DNA of 42,207 bases from Methanotrichaceae archaeon (GCA_963754945.1 CAVWIG010000022.1:1-42207), one strand, 5' to 3'. Numbered from the stretch's first letter, positions 18,796 through 28,977 are shown. Notes: generated by a model from the sequence alone, not told the origin. Made by a program: numbers and translations.

Positions 18796-19322
18796 TTAAC
18801 CACTCTAAGCTCCTAGTGGTTCTTGTGGCTATTTATGCCATTTTAAGCTAAAAAAGCTTATATAGCTATATTAGCTATTAAGACTTAAAAGGCTGTGATT
18901 GACGATCAGGATTCTCGCAGCCTACCTCGCAAGAGAGGCGATACGCAAATGGAGACTGCAATTATTCGAACCTGCGCGGTAGTGCGTAGGATGCGTACCT
19001 TGGAAGTACAAACATATCCGAACATAGCCGTGACTGTTTCAGCCGTAATCGCATCTGTTAGATTCCAATTGAGGAGGGTACTGAATGGATATTGATTCTG
19101 TCTCGGCGTCGCCAAGCGAAGTTAAACAGGCTATCGTTCAACACATCGAAGAGATAGACCGTGCCGTGATAGCCCTGAATGTAACTAGGATGGTGGAACT
19201 GGCCAAGCTAGTGCTGATCGAGAAGATTGAGGAGATCTAAGCATAAATTTTGAAGTGCGCTGCCGGTTCGATGGCCAGGGATCGCAGCCCTGGAGCGATT
19301 GAAAAGGAGCTGGAGAGCTGAG

Positions 19323-19850
19323 ATGGGCTTCCTCGACTCAATCCTCGGAAAGACCAGGCTGCCCGAGGCAAAGACAGGTAAGCTCTTTGCCATTTCAACC
19401 GCTGCCATAACCCATGAGGCAAACCTGGGCCTCGTGCCTGATGGCGCGGCAGCGGTGTGCATCAAGCCCCATGATTCGTCCAGGTACGAAGCCGCCCGTG
19501 CTGAAGTCGAGGATCTCCTCAAACACAGCTTCAAGGAGACCGGAACCTGGTACTGTATCCAGAAGGACGAGTTCAACTACATCTGGGTAGTATTGAGGAC
19601 AAGGACTTCGGCGACCTAGTCACGAACATCCAGATGGTAAGCCAGATCCTGATGGAGCAGGGATTCGGCATCCAACTTTTGGCCGCTGTCTACCGCTTCA
19701 AGGGCGAGAATATCGTCTACTGGATCCGTGCCTAGCGGCAACCAGCAGAGGAACACGTCCTTAGAGTTCAGGCTGAAGTCGGTGATGGGAAGAGAGCTGT
19801 CAATCAAAAAGGATGAAGCTAAGTTGTATCCTATGTGAGGGATGCCACTG
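19323..19850 (+). pseudogene. PspA-associated protein PspAB-like, with frameshift and internal deletion
   Basis: MGFLDSILGKTRL...KLFAISTA...DEFNYIWVVL, then after a shift EDKDFGDLVTNIQMVSQ..GFGIQLLAAVYRF..YWI. Confidence 0.7.
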
Positions 19851-20053
19851 TAGTTATGGGCTGAAGACCGCGGATTGAGACATTATGATCATCGACGGTA
19901 AGTAGTGATTTTGATGATCTCTCGGTTTCTGCCTCGGATTTCCATGAGATGGTTGCTTTCTCGCCCCTATCCACACGAAGCAAACGCTTTACTATATTCT
20001 TGATTTGTAGATTCATCCCAAGGCATAATCTCTTGCCCATCCTTAACGATATT

Positions 20054-20162
20054 ATACGTTCAGATACGATAAACTACGTTTAACTACGTTTTAATACATA
20101 TTGAAGGGTTTGGTAGCCATAAAAAGTATTTTATATACGTCTGACGTAGTCTATCTACGTTT
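20054..20162. promoter_or_regulatory. TACGT(T) repeat cluster, candidate AbrB operator
   Basis: TATACGTT, ATACGAT, CTACGTTT x2, ATACGT, ACGTAG and CTACGTTT upstream of the AbrB gene. Confidence 0.55.
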
Positions 20163-20167
20163 AAAAT

Positions 20168-20347
20168 ATGGGACAGATTCACACCGCCACGGTTAAGGTA
20201 ATAAAAGATGGTCGAATAACCATACCTCTTGGGATAAGAGAACTTGAAGATATTAAAATAGGGGATTATTTAAAAATAACAGTTGAAAAGCTCGATGGAC
20301 ACAAAGAAACACGGGTCAACAGAAAAAAAACTGCCGGAACAAAATAA
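20168..20347 (+). CDS. AbrB/MazE/SpoVT family DNA-binding protein, 59 aa, not in the ORF track
   Basis: TVKVIKDGRITIPLGIRELEDIKIGDYLKITVEK. Confidence 0.85.
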   Translation: MGQIHTATVKVIKDGRITIPLGIRELEDIKIGDYLKITVEKLDGHKETRVNRKKTAGTK

Positions 20348-20424
20348 ATAGTAGTTACGCTACTTATGGCTCTCAATGTGCCATAGATACGAAACCGCCA
20401 GAGAAACGAGAAACGAGTGAAAAC

Positions 20425-20715
20425 ATGGGCGGTCTCACAATCAGCGATCCAAATTATTATAAGTGGGACGATAGATATATCCAGTTTACGGACCATGCAA
20501 AAATAGAATGCGCCTTATTCAAAATTGGTGTACATGAGATAATAGATATGCTTCATAACCAAATTAAATGTCCTAAAACCAAAAAACATAATAAATCAGA
20601 CAAGGAGATATGTAGTAAAAAGAACAAAAAAATATTCCGCATAATTCTCTTTAAGGATTATTGCATTGATGTGGGAGAAATCTGTTGGTGCGTGAGACAT
20701 GTCAAGCCCAAGTAA
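20425..20715 (+). CDS. DUF4258/BrnT-RelE-like putative RNase toxin
   Basis: IQFTDHAK..C...I..HEI.DML N-terminus and C-terminal beta strands. Confidence 0.55.
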   Translation: MGGLTISDPNYYKWDDRYIQFTDHAKIECALFKIGVHEIIDMLHNQIKCPKTKKHNKSDKEICSKKNKKIFRIILFKDYCIDVGEICWCVRHVKPK

Positions 20716-21361
20716 AGTGATAAGTCATCGTCATGTGTGGGAGAAGGAAGAGCATAAGCTAGACGACGGCTTTTCTTATTACTATATGATTTGTAAAATA
20801 TGCCATGAAGTTCGTTTCCCTGCATTTCAATTACAACAAATTCAGGACTATTCCAAAAAACATCTATTCTTATTTGTAGAGGATTGGGTAATCCTTCTTC
20901 TCTATGCTGGACATAAGAGGAATAAATATATCGCTGGCATCACGATATATCAAAAAATGCTATTTCTAATTTACATGGAGTTTGTACCAAGGTATAAAAT
21001 TCCCTCAGAAAATCCGGGATTTTATGGATATTTGTATGGGCCATTTTCCGCTAGAATAGATGCTGCAATTAACTTATATATAGATCAAGGTTATATTATA
21101 ACTGAGGGATTGAAATCTTCTTCAGCAGAACATTTTATAATTACCGTAAAAGGCAAGAAGAGAGGAAAGGAAATTTTTAATAAACTCTCAAAAGAGCAAC
21201 AAGAGGCCCTTATAGTTTTTAGGGAAAAATGGGATAAATTAGGAACCAAAGCAATATGTAAAGAAATTTATGGGAATGAGAACTATAGAGATTATATTAA
21301 AGAGTCGATAATACTGTCTCACCTATTTCCAGGAAGGAAACTATACAGGAGGCGAGGATAG
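20699..21361 (+). CDS. YgiT/MqsA-like Zn-finger remnant fused to a SocA/Panacea (DUF4065)-like domain
   Basis: CKICHEVRF; GITIYQKMLFL and FYGYLYGPFS..I motifs. Confidence 0.7.
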   Translation: MSSPSKVISHRHVWEKEEHKLDDGFSYYYMICKICHEVRFPAFQLQQIQDYSKKHLFLFVEDWVILLLYAGHKRNKYIAGITIYQKMLFLIYMEFVPRYKIPSENPGFYGYLYGPFSARIDAAINLYIDQGYIITEGLKSSSAEHFIITVKGKKRGKEIFNKLSKEQQEALIVFREKWDKLGTKAICKEIYGNENYRDYIKESIILSHLFPGRKLYRRRG

Positions 21362-21362
21362 C

Positions 21363-22520
21363 GTGAAATCGGTTAAAGTGAGAGTTCTAAACAAAGACAA
21401 CCGATATGGCGGTCGAAATATTCATGTAACCTTGGGGCCGTCCAGTTTCGACACACCAAATAGAGTTGCGACGCAAAAGGACTATTATTCGGTTAGTTCG
21501 CTTCCTCACGATACATCGATTGGTAATCCAATTTCCGAATTCGTTACTGCCTTTGATAACCCTTCATTGAACGCTTTTCTTACAGGCAATGGTTCTCTCT
21601 CAAGGAGGCATAATCGAATAGTTACGCAGGCCCAAGAGATGATGCGCTATTTTCCAATTATATCAACTATTCAGCTTCCTAGTAATAAAAGGGTTCCACA
21701 AGATCAATTATGGTTTTTTGATAAAGTCCAAATCGGCCCGTGTAATATAATCTCTATACCGCCATTTGATTATAATGATATATCTATTTATAAAGTGGAA
21801 ATTATAAATTATAGCGAGATAGCCAAATCTAGGGGGCAAGAAGCAATGCCAATCCTCCAATTATCAACTGAAATAGAAACGTTCAAACGTGAATTCGCTA
21901 TTTTGAGAGAATTAAATAATGATAATGGCTTGTGTAATATAATAGGATTTTCGTATGCGAATCCATTTAATTATTCAAAACAGTTTTATGAACTTTATAA
22001 GAATAGAGAAGAGGCCATTTGGTTCCATTCTTTTGGAGTACCCAGGACACCTAGGGGAAAGAATAAGCTCTCAGTAGCACACATTCATGAATTGCAGAAT
22101 TGGGGATTAGACACCTTTTCTCCAGAGGTAAGACATATTTCGCCCAAAGCACTAGTTTATCTAAAGAAGAAAGCGTTAACTACTGACCCGAAAGACCTAC
22201 AGTGCAGACGATTTGACTCCCAGACACTCGGGATTTTCAAAGAGCCGGATTGGATCAAGAAGTACGGTGATAAAATCAACTGCAATTGCCCTGTATGTGA
22301 AAAGAACAAAAGTCTTTCTTCATTTAAAGATGCATACATATACGAAAAAGACGGGTCATTCAATCCTGCCCTTTTACGCGATGCTGATAAAGTACATGAA
22401 CTGACATCAGGATCTAAAGAGTTTGCTATATCAAGAGATGCAATAAAATCTGATGACTTACCAGGATACTATAGAGAAAAAGAGTTCACGAAAGGCCGTG
22501 TTAGTCCTCCAATTGAGTGA
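21363..22520 (+). CDS. Divergent tRNA-guanine transglycosylase (TGT/DpdA)-fold protein
   Basis: FDTP N-terminal motif, WFHSFGV, GLDTFS and CNCPVC...H zinc site in TGT order. Confidence 0.65.
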   Translation: MKSVKVRVLNKDNRYGGRNIHVTLGPSSFDTPNRVATQKDYYSVSSLPHDTSIGNPISEFVTAFDNPSLNAFLTGNGSLSRRHNRIVTQAQEMMRYFPIISTIQLPSNKRVPQDQLWFFDKVQIGPCNIISIPPFDYNDISIYKVEIINYSEIAKSRGQEAMPILQLSTEIETFKREFAILRELNNDNGLCNIIGFSYANPFNYSKQFYELYKNREEAIWFHSFGVPRTPRGKNKLSVAHIHELQNWGLDTFSPEVRHISPKALVYLKKKALTTDPKDLQCRRFDSQTLGIFKEPDWIKKYGDKINCNCPVCEKNKSLSSFKDAYIYEKDGSFNPALLRDADKVHELTSGSKEFAISRDAIKSDDLPGYYREKEFTKGRVSPPIE

Positions 22521-22526
22521 GAATTT

Positions 22527-22644
22527 TGCTGTGTTGAATAACTCTGCTAAAACCGATATGCATCGTGGCATATCAGTAATGATAGGTAAAATGAGCAAAA
22601 TCGACATCTGCCAGCATCATGGCCTTGAGTTACGCAACACAGCA
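22527..22644. mobile_element. MITE copy 1 (118 bp)
   Basis: TIRs TGCTGTGTTGAATAACTC and GAGTTACGCAACACAGCA; 8-bp TSD GAGAATTT at 22519-22526 and 22645-22652. Confidence 0.92.
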
Positions 22645-22746
22645 GAGAATTTTATAAAGTATAATTGGAATTTTAGCACATATCCTGCTGCAACACCCTG
22701 CGCAAACCCCCATATGCAATAGAACCATTCAGAATAGTTCCTGTGA

Positions 22747-23010
22747 TCATCTTTTTATTATCGTTACAGAGTGTCTTATTGTACCAGAATATCCGCCCAA
22801 ATCTATTACCAAATGCCAACGTCCTGTTGAGGGCGCAGGAATGTTTATTGGGGAGACATCATAATGACCGCCAACATACTGGAATCTCCTGCCGTTAAGG
22901 TAATCTTGATAATTACTTCCATCAAGCAGCATCACATTTGCTTGGATATCAATTTCCACATGCACTATATCACCTTGGTCTAAATAATAATCGGCATGCA
23001 AATGTTCCAT
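22747..23010 (-). CDS. DUF1883 domain protein
   Basis: GDIVHVEI..QANVMLLD..NY..Y..G..F.Y.GG....SP..I..P..G.WHLVIDLGG. Confidence 0.85.
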   Translation of the reverse strand: MEHLHADYYLDQGDIVHVEIDIQANVMLLDGSNYQDYLNGRRFQYVGGHYDVSPINIPAPSTGRWHLVIDLGGYSGTIRHSVTIIKR

Positions 23011-23354
23011 ATACCGCCTCCAATTTTTTGAACTTCTTGGCTAACATCGCTTTTTCCATTATTTATATATTACTACTGCAACGTGAAAGTATTAAACGGT
23101 TGGACTTTCAGAATAATGGTGTACTTTATAATTAACTGGGAGAATTAAGTTTTGGAATTGGAATAAAATTTGTTTCCTATAACTTTCATGAACCGATCAT
23201 ATTTTGATCTTTGTATCATCAGAACGAGGCAGGTATTGCTGCCCGAGAAGTTAGGTCGTGAACTTGACAAAAAACTAAATGATATAATAGCACTGCTTAA
23301 GTTGTAGCACTTATAAGTTTCAATATAAAATATTAAGGAATAATAAATAGTTCC

Positions 23355-24114
23355 TTACGCGTACATCTTCGCATAAGGTCTCTTCGATTTCGGCGCCAGC
23401 CTGATGAACTCTCCTTTGAGGATCTCTTCCTTGCTTAGGCCAAGCTCCGGGAAGTGGTCCACGAACTCTCCAATGTTCTTATCCAGGACTGCGATGTCCT
23501 CTTCCTTCGGCTCGGAGATATCCACCTGGCCTGCCACCTGGAGCTTGTCTACCTTGCCCCTGATGTAGATCACGCCGCCGTGCATCCCTGTGCCGATGAA
23601 GGTCTGGCTGTGGGGCTTGTCGCCGAGTCCCAGGAGAATGACTATGCCGCCTGCCATGTACTCGCCGAGGAAGTCCTGGGTAGTGCCGCCTATGACAAGA
23701 ACGGGCTTCTTGTCCAGGTACTCCTTCATGTGCAGCGCCGTCCGGTAGCCGGTATTGTCCCTGATGAAGATCTTTCCTCCACGCATGGACATTCCGAGAA
23801 CGTCTCCCGCCCGGCCTTCCACCACGATCTCGCCATCGTCCATGGTGTTGCCGACGCCGTCCTGAACGTTGCCGTGAACCCTGACGCGGTGGCCGGACAT
23901 GAAGGCACCCAGGTCGCTTCCCGGAGTCCCGACGATCTCGATGTCCAGCTTATGCTTGTCGCCGTTCTTGGAGTATAGCCTGGTTCCGATATACCTCTGG
24001 CCGCAGACGTTCTTCAGGACGAACTTTTCAGTGCCGTCAAGCATAAGGGCTCTCAGCCGTTCGTTCAGCTCCTTGGTGGGAATGCCCGTTGCATCTATCT
24101 CGACTCGTCTCCAT
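23355..24114 (-). CDS. gltB: Glutamate synthase domain 3 (GXGXG, FwdC-like); the RBS-linked ATG at 24114 is out of frame by one base
   Basis: GQRYIG, GNVQDGVGNTMDDG and DFLGEYMAGG. Confidence 0.9.
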
Positions 24115-24201
24115 CTTACCAGCCTCCCTTTACCCGTGAACTGATACAGATACTGTAACTGCTACTACCATTACCACTCCAGCTGTCCAGCATTGTCCTG
24201 C

Positions 24202-25713
24202 CTACTGTCCTGCGCCCTTTATGCCGAGGACTTCCAGCTCCCACTCGTACAGGCCGATGCCCCGGAGGTGGTCCCTGTTGCCCCTCAGGCTTTCTATGGC
24301 GTTGATGCCCATTCCGCCCAGCATCTCCATGATCTCGTGAGACCAGGCGTTGAGAAGGTTGGTCAGCCGTTTGGTGGCAATCTCTGTGTTGAGCCTTCCG
24401 GATAGACGCGGGTCCTGAGTGCACAGGCCCCAGTTGCACTTGCCTGTGTTGCACTTCTGGCATAGGGTGCATCCCATGGCGATGAGTGCGGCAGTCCCGA
24501 TGTAAACAGCGTCAGCGCCTAGAGCAATGGCCTTGATTATGTCGCTGCTGGATCTGAATCCGCCTGCAGCCACAATGGAGCAGCGGTTCCTGATGCCCTC
24601 GTTCTTGAGCCTCAGGTCAAGAGCAGAGATGGCCAGCTCGATTGGTATTCCTACGTTGTCCCTGATGGCCTTTGGTGCTGCGCCCGTGCCACCTCTCAGG
24701 CCGTCGATCGCAATTATGTCCGCCCCAGCCCTGACTATTCCGGAGGCTATGGCTGCGACGTTGTGAACTGCAGCGATCTTCACCGAGACGGGCTTCTCGT
24801 AGTTGGTGGCCTCCTTGAGGGCGTGAATCAGCATCGACAGATCCTCGATGGAGTATATGTCGTGGTGAGGAGCGGGCGAGATGGCGTCAGTTCCTACTGG
24901 TATCATCCTGGTCTCTGCAACCGACTGCGAGACCTTCTCTCCTGGCAGGTGCCCCCCAATTCCGGGCTTGGCTCCCTGGCCGACCTTGATCTCAACTGCA
25001 GCGGCGCAGTTCAGGTACTCGGCGTCTATTCCGTACCTTCCCGAAGCAACCTGAACTATGGCGTTTCCTCCAAACTCGGATCGCAGCTCTCTTGGCAGGC
25101 CTCCTTCGCCTGTGTTGAAGAGCGTTCCGAACTGCTTGGAGGCTGAGGCCAGTGACTTGAAGGCGTTGTAGCTTATGGCTCCGTAAGACATGGCGGAGAA
25201 GAGGATGGGCGTCTCTATCACCACGCCAGGACCGAGTTGTGTCTCTATCTCCACATCCCCGTTTGTTTTCACCTTCAAGAAGTCAGGCTTTGGCCCTAAG
25301 TAAGTCCGCAGCTCCATGGGCTCGCGGAGAGGATCGATGGAAGGATTGGTGACCTGGGAGGCGTTCAGGACGATGCTGTCCCAGTAGATGCGGAAGGGCT
25401 TGTCAGTGCCGCAGCCAGTGAGGATCACTCCTCCTGTCTCAGCCTGTCTCTTCAGGTCCTCCAGCTTCTCCCTGGACCAGTTGGCATTGGGCCGGTATGG
25501 TGAAAGAGTCGGCCTGACGGATATGGCATCTCTTGGGCAGAAGACGACGCACCTCTGGCAGCCGGAACACTTCACCTCTTCAGATATCATCTCGCCGGTT
25601 TTCTCGTCGAAGATGTGCGTACCGAAGGAGCACTGCCTCTCACAGCCTCTGCACTGGTTGCATCGCTCTTGGTCCCTTATAACCTGAAATTCAGGAAACA
25701 GGAATGACTTCAT
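24202..25713 (-). CDS. gltB: Archaeal glutamate synthase FMN-binding subunit with N-terminal ferredoxin
   Basis: CxxCxxCxxxC x2; SAMSYGA, NTGEGG, QVASGR, EIKVGQGAKPGIGGHLPG. Confidence 0.97.
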   Translation of the reverse strand: MKSFLFPEFQVIRDQERCNQCRGCERQCSFGTHIFDEKTGEMISEEVKCSGCQRCVVFCPRDAISVRPTLSPYRPNANWSREKLEDLKRQAETGGVILTGCGTDKPFRIYWDSIVLNASQVTNPSIDPLREPMELRTYLGPKPDFLKVKTNGDVEIETQLGPGVVIETPILFSAMSYGAISYNAFKSLASASKQFGTLFNTGEGGLPRELRSEFGGNAIVQVASGRYGIDAEYLNCAAAVEIKVGQGAKPGIGGHLPGEKVSQSVAETRMIPVGTDAISPAPHHDIYSIEDLSMLIHALKEATNYEKPVSVKIAAVHNVAAIASGIVRAGADIIAIDGLRGGTGAAPKAIRDNVGIPIELAISALDLRLKNEGIRNRCSIVAAGGFRSSSDIIKAIALGADAVYIGTAALIAMGCTLCQKCNTGKCNWGLCTQDPRLSGRLNTEIATKRLTNLLNAWSHEIMEMLGGMGINAIESLRGNRDHLRGIGLYEWELEVLGIKGAGQ

Positions 25714-26836
25714 CTCGTAACACCTTTTTGCTGTTTAGTCGGCCGACGACAGGCTCTCCCCCGTTGGGGGTCCATACACGATCCAGCTCTGGCGAGATAA
25801 GCCTGATGGCTGCCTCCTCAGAGGAGAGGTAAAGCATCTCACTTCTGGTAGCGGCTGTGAGCGGCCTCAACCGGATTCTATCTGTCAAGCCTATCATGCT
25901 GTCGCTGTGACCTATGATTATCGTAAACGGCCCATTCATGAGCAGTGAACCGTAGACCATCCTCAAGGTGCTAAGTAACTTTCGCTCCTTAGCGTTCATT
26001 CTGTCAATGGAGTTCCAGATCGGCGGGGAGAATATCTTTGCCACGAGCTCGATGGGAAGCTTCTGCCTTCTCATGAGCAGGTCCACGGCATAAGCGAGAA
26101 CCTCAGTATCAGTTCCTGCTGTGCAGGCATAGCTGTACATCTCCAGGTACCAGCGGTTGGTCCCGTAAGAGGAGATCTCGCCGTTGTGCACAACCGAGCA
26201 GTCAAGGAGGCTGAAGGGATGTGCTCCACCCCACCAGGCCTGGGAATTGGTGGGAAAGCGCCCATGAGCCGTCCAGATGTACGCTTGGTAAGTGTCGTGA
26301 AGCATGAAGTAGTCGGCCACGTCCTCCGGGAATCCAACGCCCTTGAAGACTCCCATGTTCTTTCCGGAGGAGAAAACATAGGCGTTTTTTATCTTGGTGT
26401 TGACGTGCATCACCTTGGAGACTATGTAGTCTTCATCCGAGAGAGTTGCCTCTTCGCCCTTCTTGTTTGGGGTGACGAAGTACCTCCACACCAGAGGCGG
26501 ATCTCTAACGTTTGCCTCGTCGCAGTGAGGAATCTCCTCGTCGTAGACCACGTCGAAGTTGCAGCCGAGAAATGCATCGAACTCCTCTTTGGCGCACCTC
26601 TTATCCTCCCAGGTGCTTCCGGCGAACATCATGTGGAAGGCGTAGTAGTCATCGTACTTTGGATAGATGCCGTAGGCTGCAAAACCGCCACCTAGGCCGT
26701 TGCCCCGCACATGCATGTTGGCTATGGCTTTTACGACATCCTGGCCTTTGAACCGTTCTCCATCCCGATTCATCGCACCGAAAATGGAGCAGGAACAGAT
26801 TTCCTTATTGTACAGTTCCCTTCTCTTTCTCAGCAT
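25691..26836 (-). CDS. gltB: Glutamate synthase glutamine amidotransferase (class II) subunit
   Basis: CSIFG, RGNGLGGG, HGRFPTNS, AHPF and HNGEI. Confidence 0.95.
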   Translation of the reverse strand: MLRKRRELYNKEICSCSIFGAMNRDGERFKGQDVVKAIANMHVRGNGLGGGFAAYGIYPKYDDYYAFHMMFAGSTWEDKRCAKEEFDAFLGCNFDVVYDEEIPHCDEANVRDPPLVWRYFVTPNKKGEEATLSDEDYIVSKVMHVNTKIKNAYVFSSGKNMGVFKGVGFPEDVADYFMLHDTYQAYIWTAHGRFPTNSQAWWGGAHPFSLLDCSVVHNGEISSYGTNRWYLEMYSYACTAGTDTEVLAYAVDLLMRRQKLPIELVAKIFSPPIWNSIDRMNAKERKLLSTLRMVYGSLLMNGPFTIIIGHSDSMIGLTDRIRLRPLTAATRSEMLYLSSEEAAIRLISPELDRVWTPNGGEPVVGRLNSKKVLRDEVIPVS

Positions 26837-27090
26837 AATAATCTCGAACTCCGGCCTTCAACTGAAGAGTCACACCCGATGCTGCTATTTATAACCGACG
26901 CAAGCATGAAGAGCCTCAACTAAAGGCTTTATAGATATTTAAGAAATATTCATAAAATATACGATCAAACCCCGATCTGATAATCGATCTTTGATGATAT
27001 AGGAGCCCGTTACAAGATGTCACTTCCTTGAACTTGAAGGCAAGAATTTGAAGCTATGTGGCCCAAAAACAAAAAAGGGAGAGAAAGCAC

Positions 27091-28427
27091 CTACAGAATA
27101 GGTAGGTACCTGTCCAGCTCCCACTGGGTGACCTGAATCCTGTAGTTGTCCCATTCCTTCTTCTTGTTGGCGATGAAGGCGTCGAAGGTGTGGTCGCCCA
27201 GAGCCTCGCGAACCAGCTTGCTGCCCTCTGTGATCTGGACGGCGTCGTTCAGGCTTCCGGGCAGGGATCCAATGCCTGCGGCCTTCCTCTCCTCCTCGGT
27301 CATGTGGAAGATGTTCTGCTCCTGGGGCTCAGGCAACTCGTACTTGTTGGCGATTCCTGCAAGTCCAGCAGCAAGCATCACTGAGAAGGCCAGGTACGGG
27401 TTTGCTCCTGGGTCCGGGCTGCGGTACTCTATCCTTGTGGCTGCCTCCTTTCCGGGCTTGTACATTGGCACCCTGACCAGGGCAGACCTATTCCTTCTGG
27501 CCCAGCAGATGTAGCACGGTGCCTCGTATCCCGGAACGAGCCGCTTGTAGGAGTTGACCCACTGATCAGTGACGGATGTGATCTCAGGCGCATGCTTTAG
27601 CAGGCCTGCGACGTAGTACTTGGCCTCGTCCGATAGGTGGTACTCATCTCCGGCATTGAAGAAGACATTCTTCTTACCCTGGAATAGGGACTGATGGACA
27701 GTGCATTCCTGTGCCGTTCTGGCCGAAGATTGGCTTGGGCATGAATGTTGCGTGGTAGCCGTACCGGTGGGCGATCTCCTTGACTGTGATCCTGAAGGTA
27801 ATCAGCTGGTCTGCCATTTCAGAGCGTCGGCATGTACCTCATATCGATCTCATGCTGTGAAGGTGCTACCTCGTGATGGCTGAACTCGACATCGATTCCC
27901 ATAGCGTCCAGCGCAAGGACCGTGTCGCGGCGGAGGTCGGATGCCGCATCCAGGGTGGTCAGATCGAAGTAGCCGCCCTTATCCAGTATCTCTGTGCCCT
28001 GTTCGTTCTTGAAGTAGAAGAACTCCAGCTCTGGGCCTACATTGAATGTATAGCCTTTATCCTTGAGCCGTGCGAGATTCTTCTTTAGAACCTGCCTCGG
28101 GTCGCCCTCGTACGGAGATCCATCGGGATTCTGTATGTCTCCAAACAGCCTGGCCACGGCGTTCTCCTGTTGTCTCCAGGGAATGATCTTGAAAGTGGTC
28201 GGGTCAGGCTTGATGACCATGTCCGACTCCTCGATCTTCTGGAAGCCGCTGATGGAGGATCCGTCGAATCCCATGCCCTCGCTGAAGGCTCCGTCGAGCT
28301 CGTTGGTGTTGATGGCGAAGCTCTTGGGGAATCCCAGGATATCTGTGAACCATAGTCTCACAAATCGTACATTATGCTTATCTATTGCTGCAAAGACATC
28401 ATCTTTTGTCTTTATTTGTTCAACCAT
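27091..28427 (-). CDS. glnA: Glutamine synthetase type I, interrupted by about 3 indels at 27700-27835 (pseudogene or assembly error)
   Basis: [53 protein letters not shown] and RIEYRSPD distributed over frames. Confidence 0.95.
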
Positions 28428-28455
28428 ATTTCTATTCCTCCTTGTACCTCCAATC

Positions 28456-28506
28456 AATCCGGTCCGGATTTATAGGTATTTGAGAGCCGTTCATAATAAT
28501 TATGAA
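28456..28506. promoter_or_regulatory. Two perfect palindromes upstream of glnA
   Basis: AATCCGG-T-CCGGATT (28456-28470) and TTCATAAT-A-ATTATGAA (28490-28506). Confidence 0.45.
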
Positions 28507-28857
28507 AACTTATGATACCAGAATAATCGATTAATATTAGATTTAATTTTGGAATATGAAGTTTAATTTAAAAAAACATCATCACAATGGGAGGATATTT
28601 GTTAAAGCGTACCTGCTTTTAAAGGGGGATTCCGGGTCCCTCCAGGCAACAATTTTGATTTGAACAGCATTTTTCGCCGATTGAAAGGATGCTCTCAGCC
28701 TCCAGCCTCTGGATGATTACTTGACGGATCAAAAGAGCCCTTAATTAAACGAATAGCTGCAATCCCGGTTAGGCGGTGATAATGATTTATCGCGAGCCCC
28801 TGGCTGAAGACCAAAATCTTTATCAGTAATGAGAAAGGGCCATATTAAGGTGGTAGG

Positions 28858-28977
28858 ATGGACCTCATAACTGTAATCGAAGATCTTCAGGCGTTGCTGG
28901 TGCTGGTAATCTTCCTCCTGATCATAGCCGTCGGGTTCAAGATCTGGGCTTGGAACTACTCAGTTCCTCACAAATAA
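28858..28977 (+). CDS. 39-aa single-TM small protein, not in the ORF track
   Basis: MDLITVIEDLQALLVLVIFLLIIAVGFKIWAWNYSVPHK; AGGTGG RBS; T-rich run after the stop. Confidence 0.6.
   Translation: MDLITVIEDLQALLVLVIFLLIIAVGFKIWAWNYSVPHK

Noticed and set aside
22453-22722. 89-aa ORF after the TGT-like gene
   Set aside because: Reads through MITE sequence and overlaps the real gene
27695-27840. Programmed frameshifting in glnA
   Set aside because: Three separate shifts would be needed and no slippery heptamer is evident
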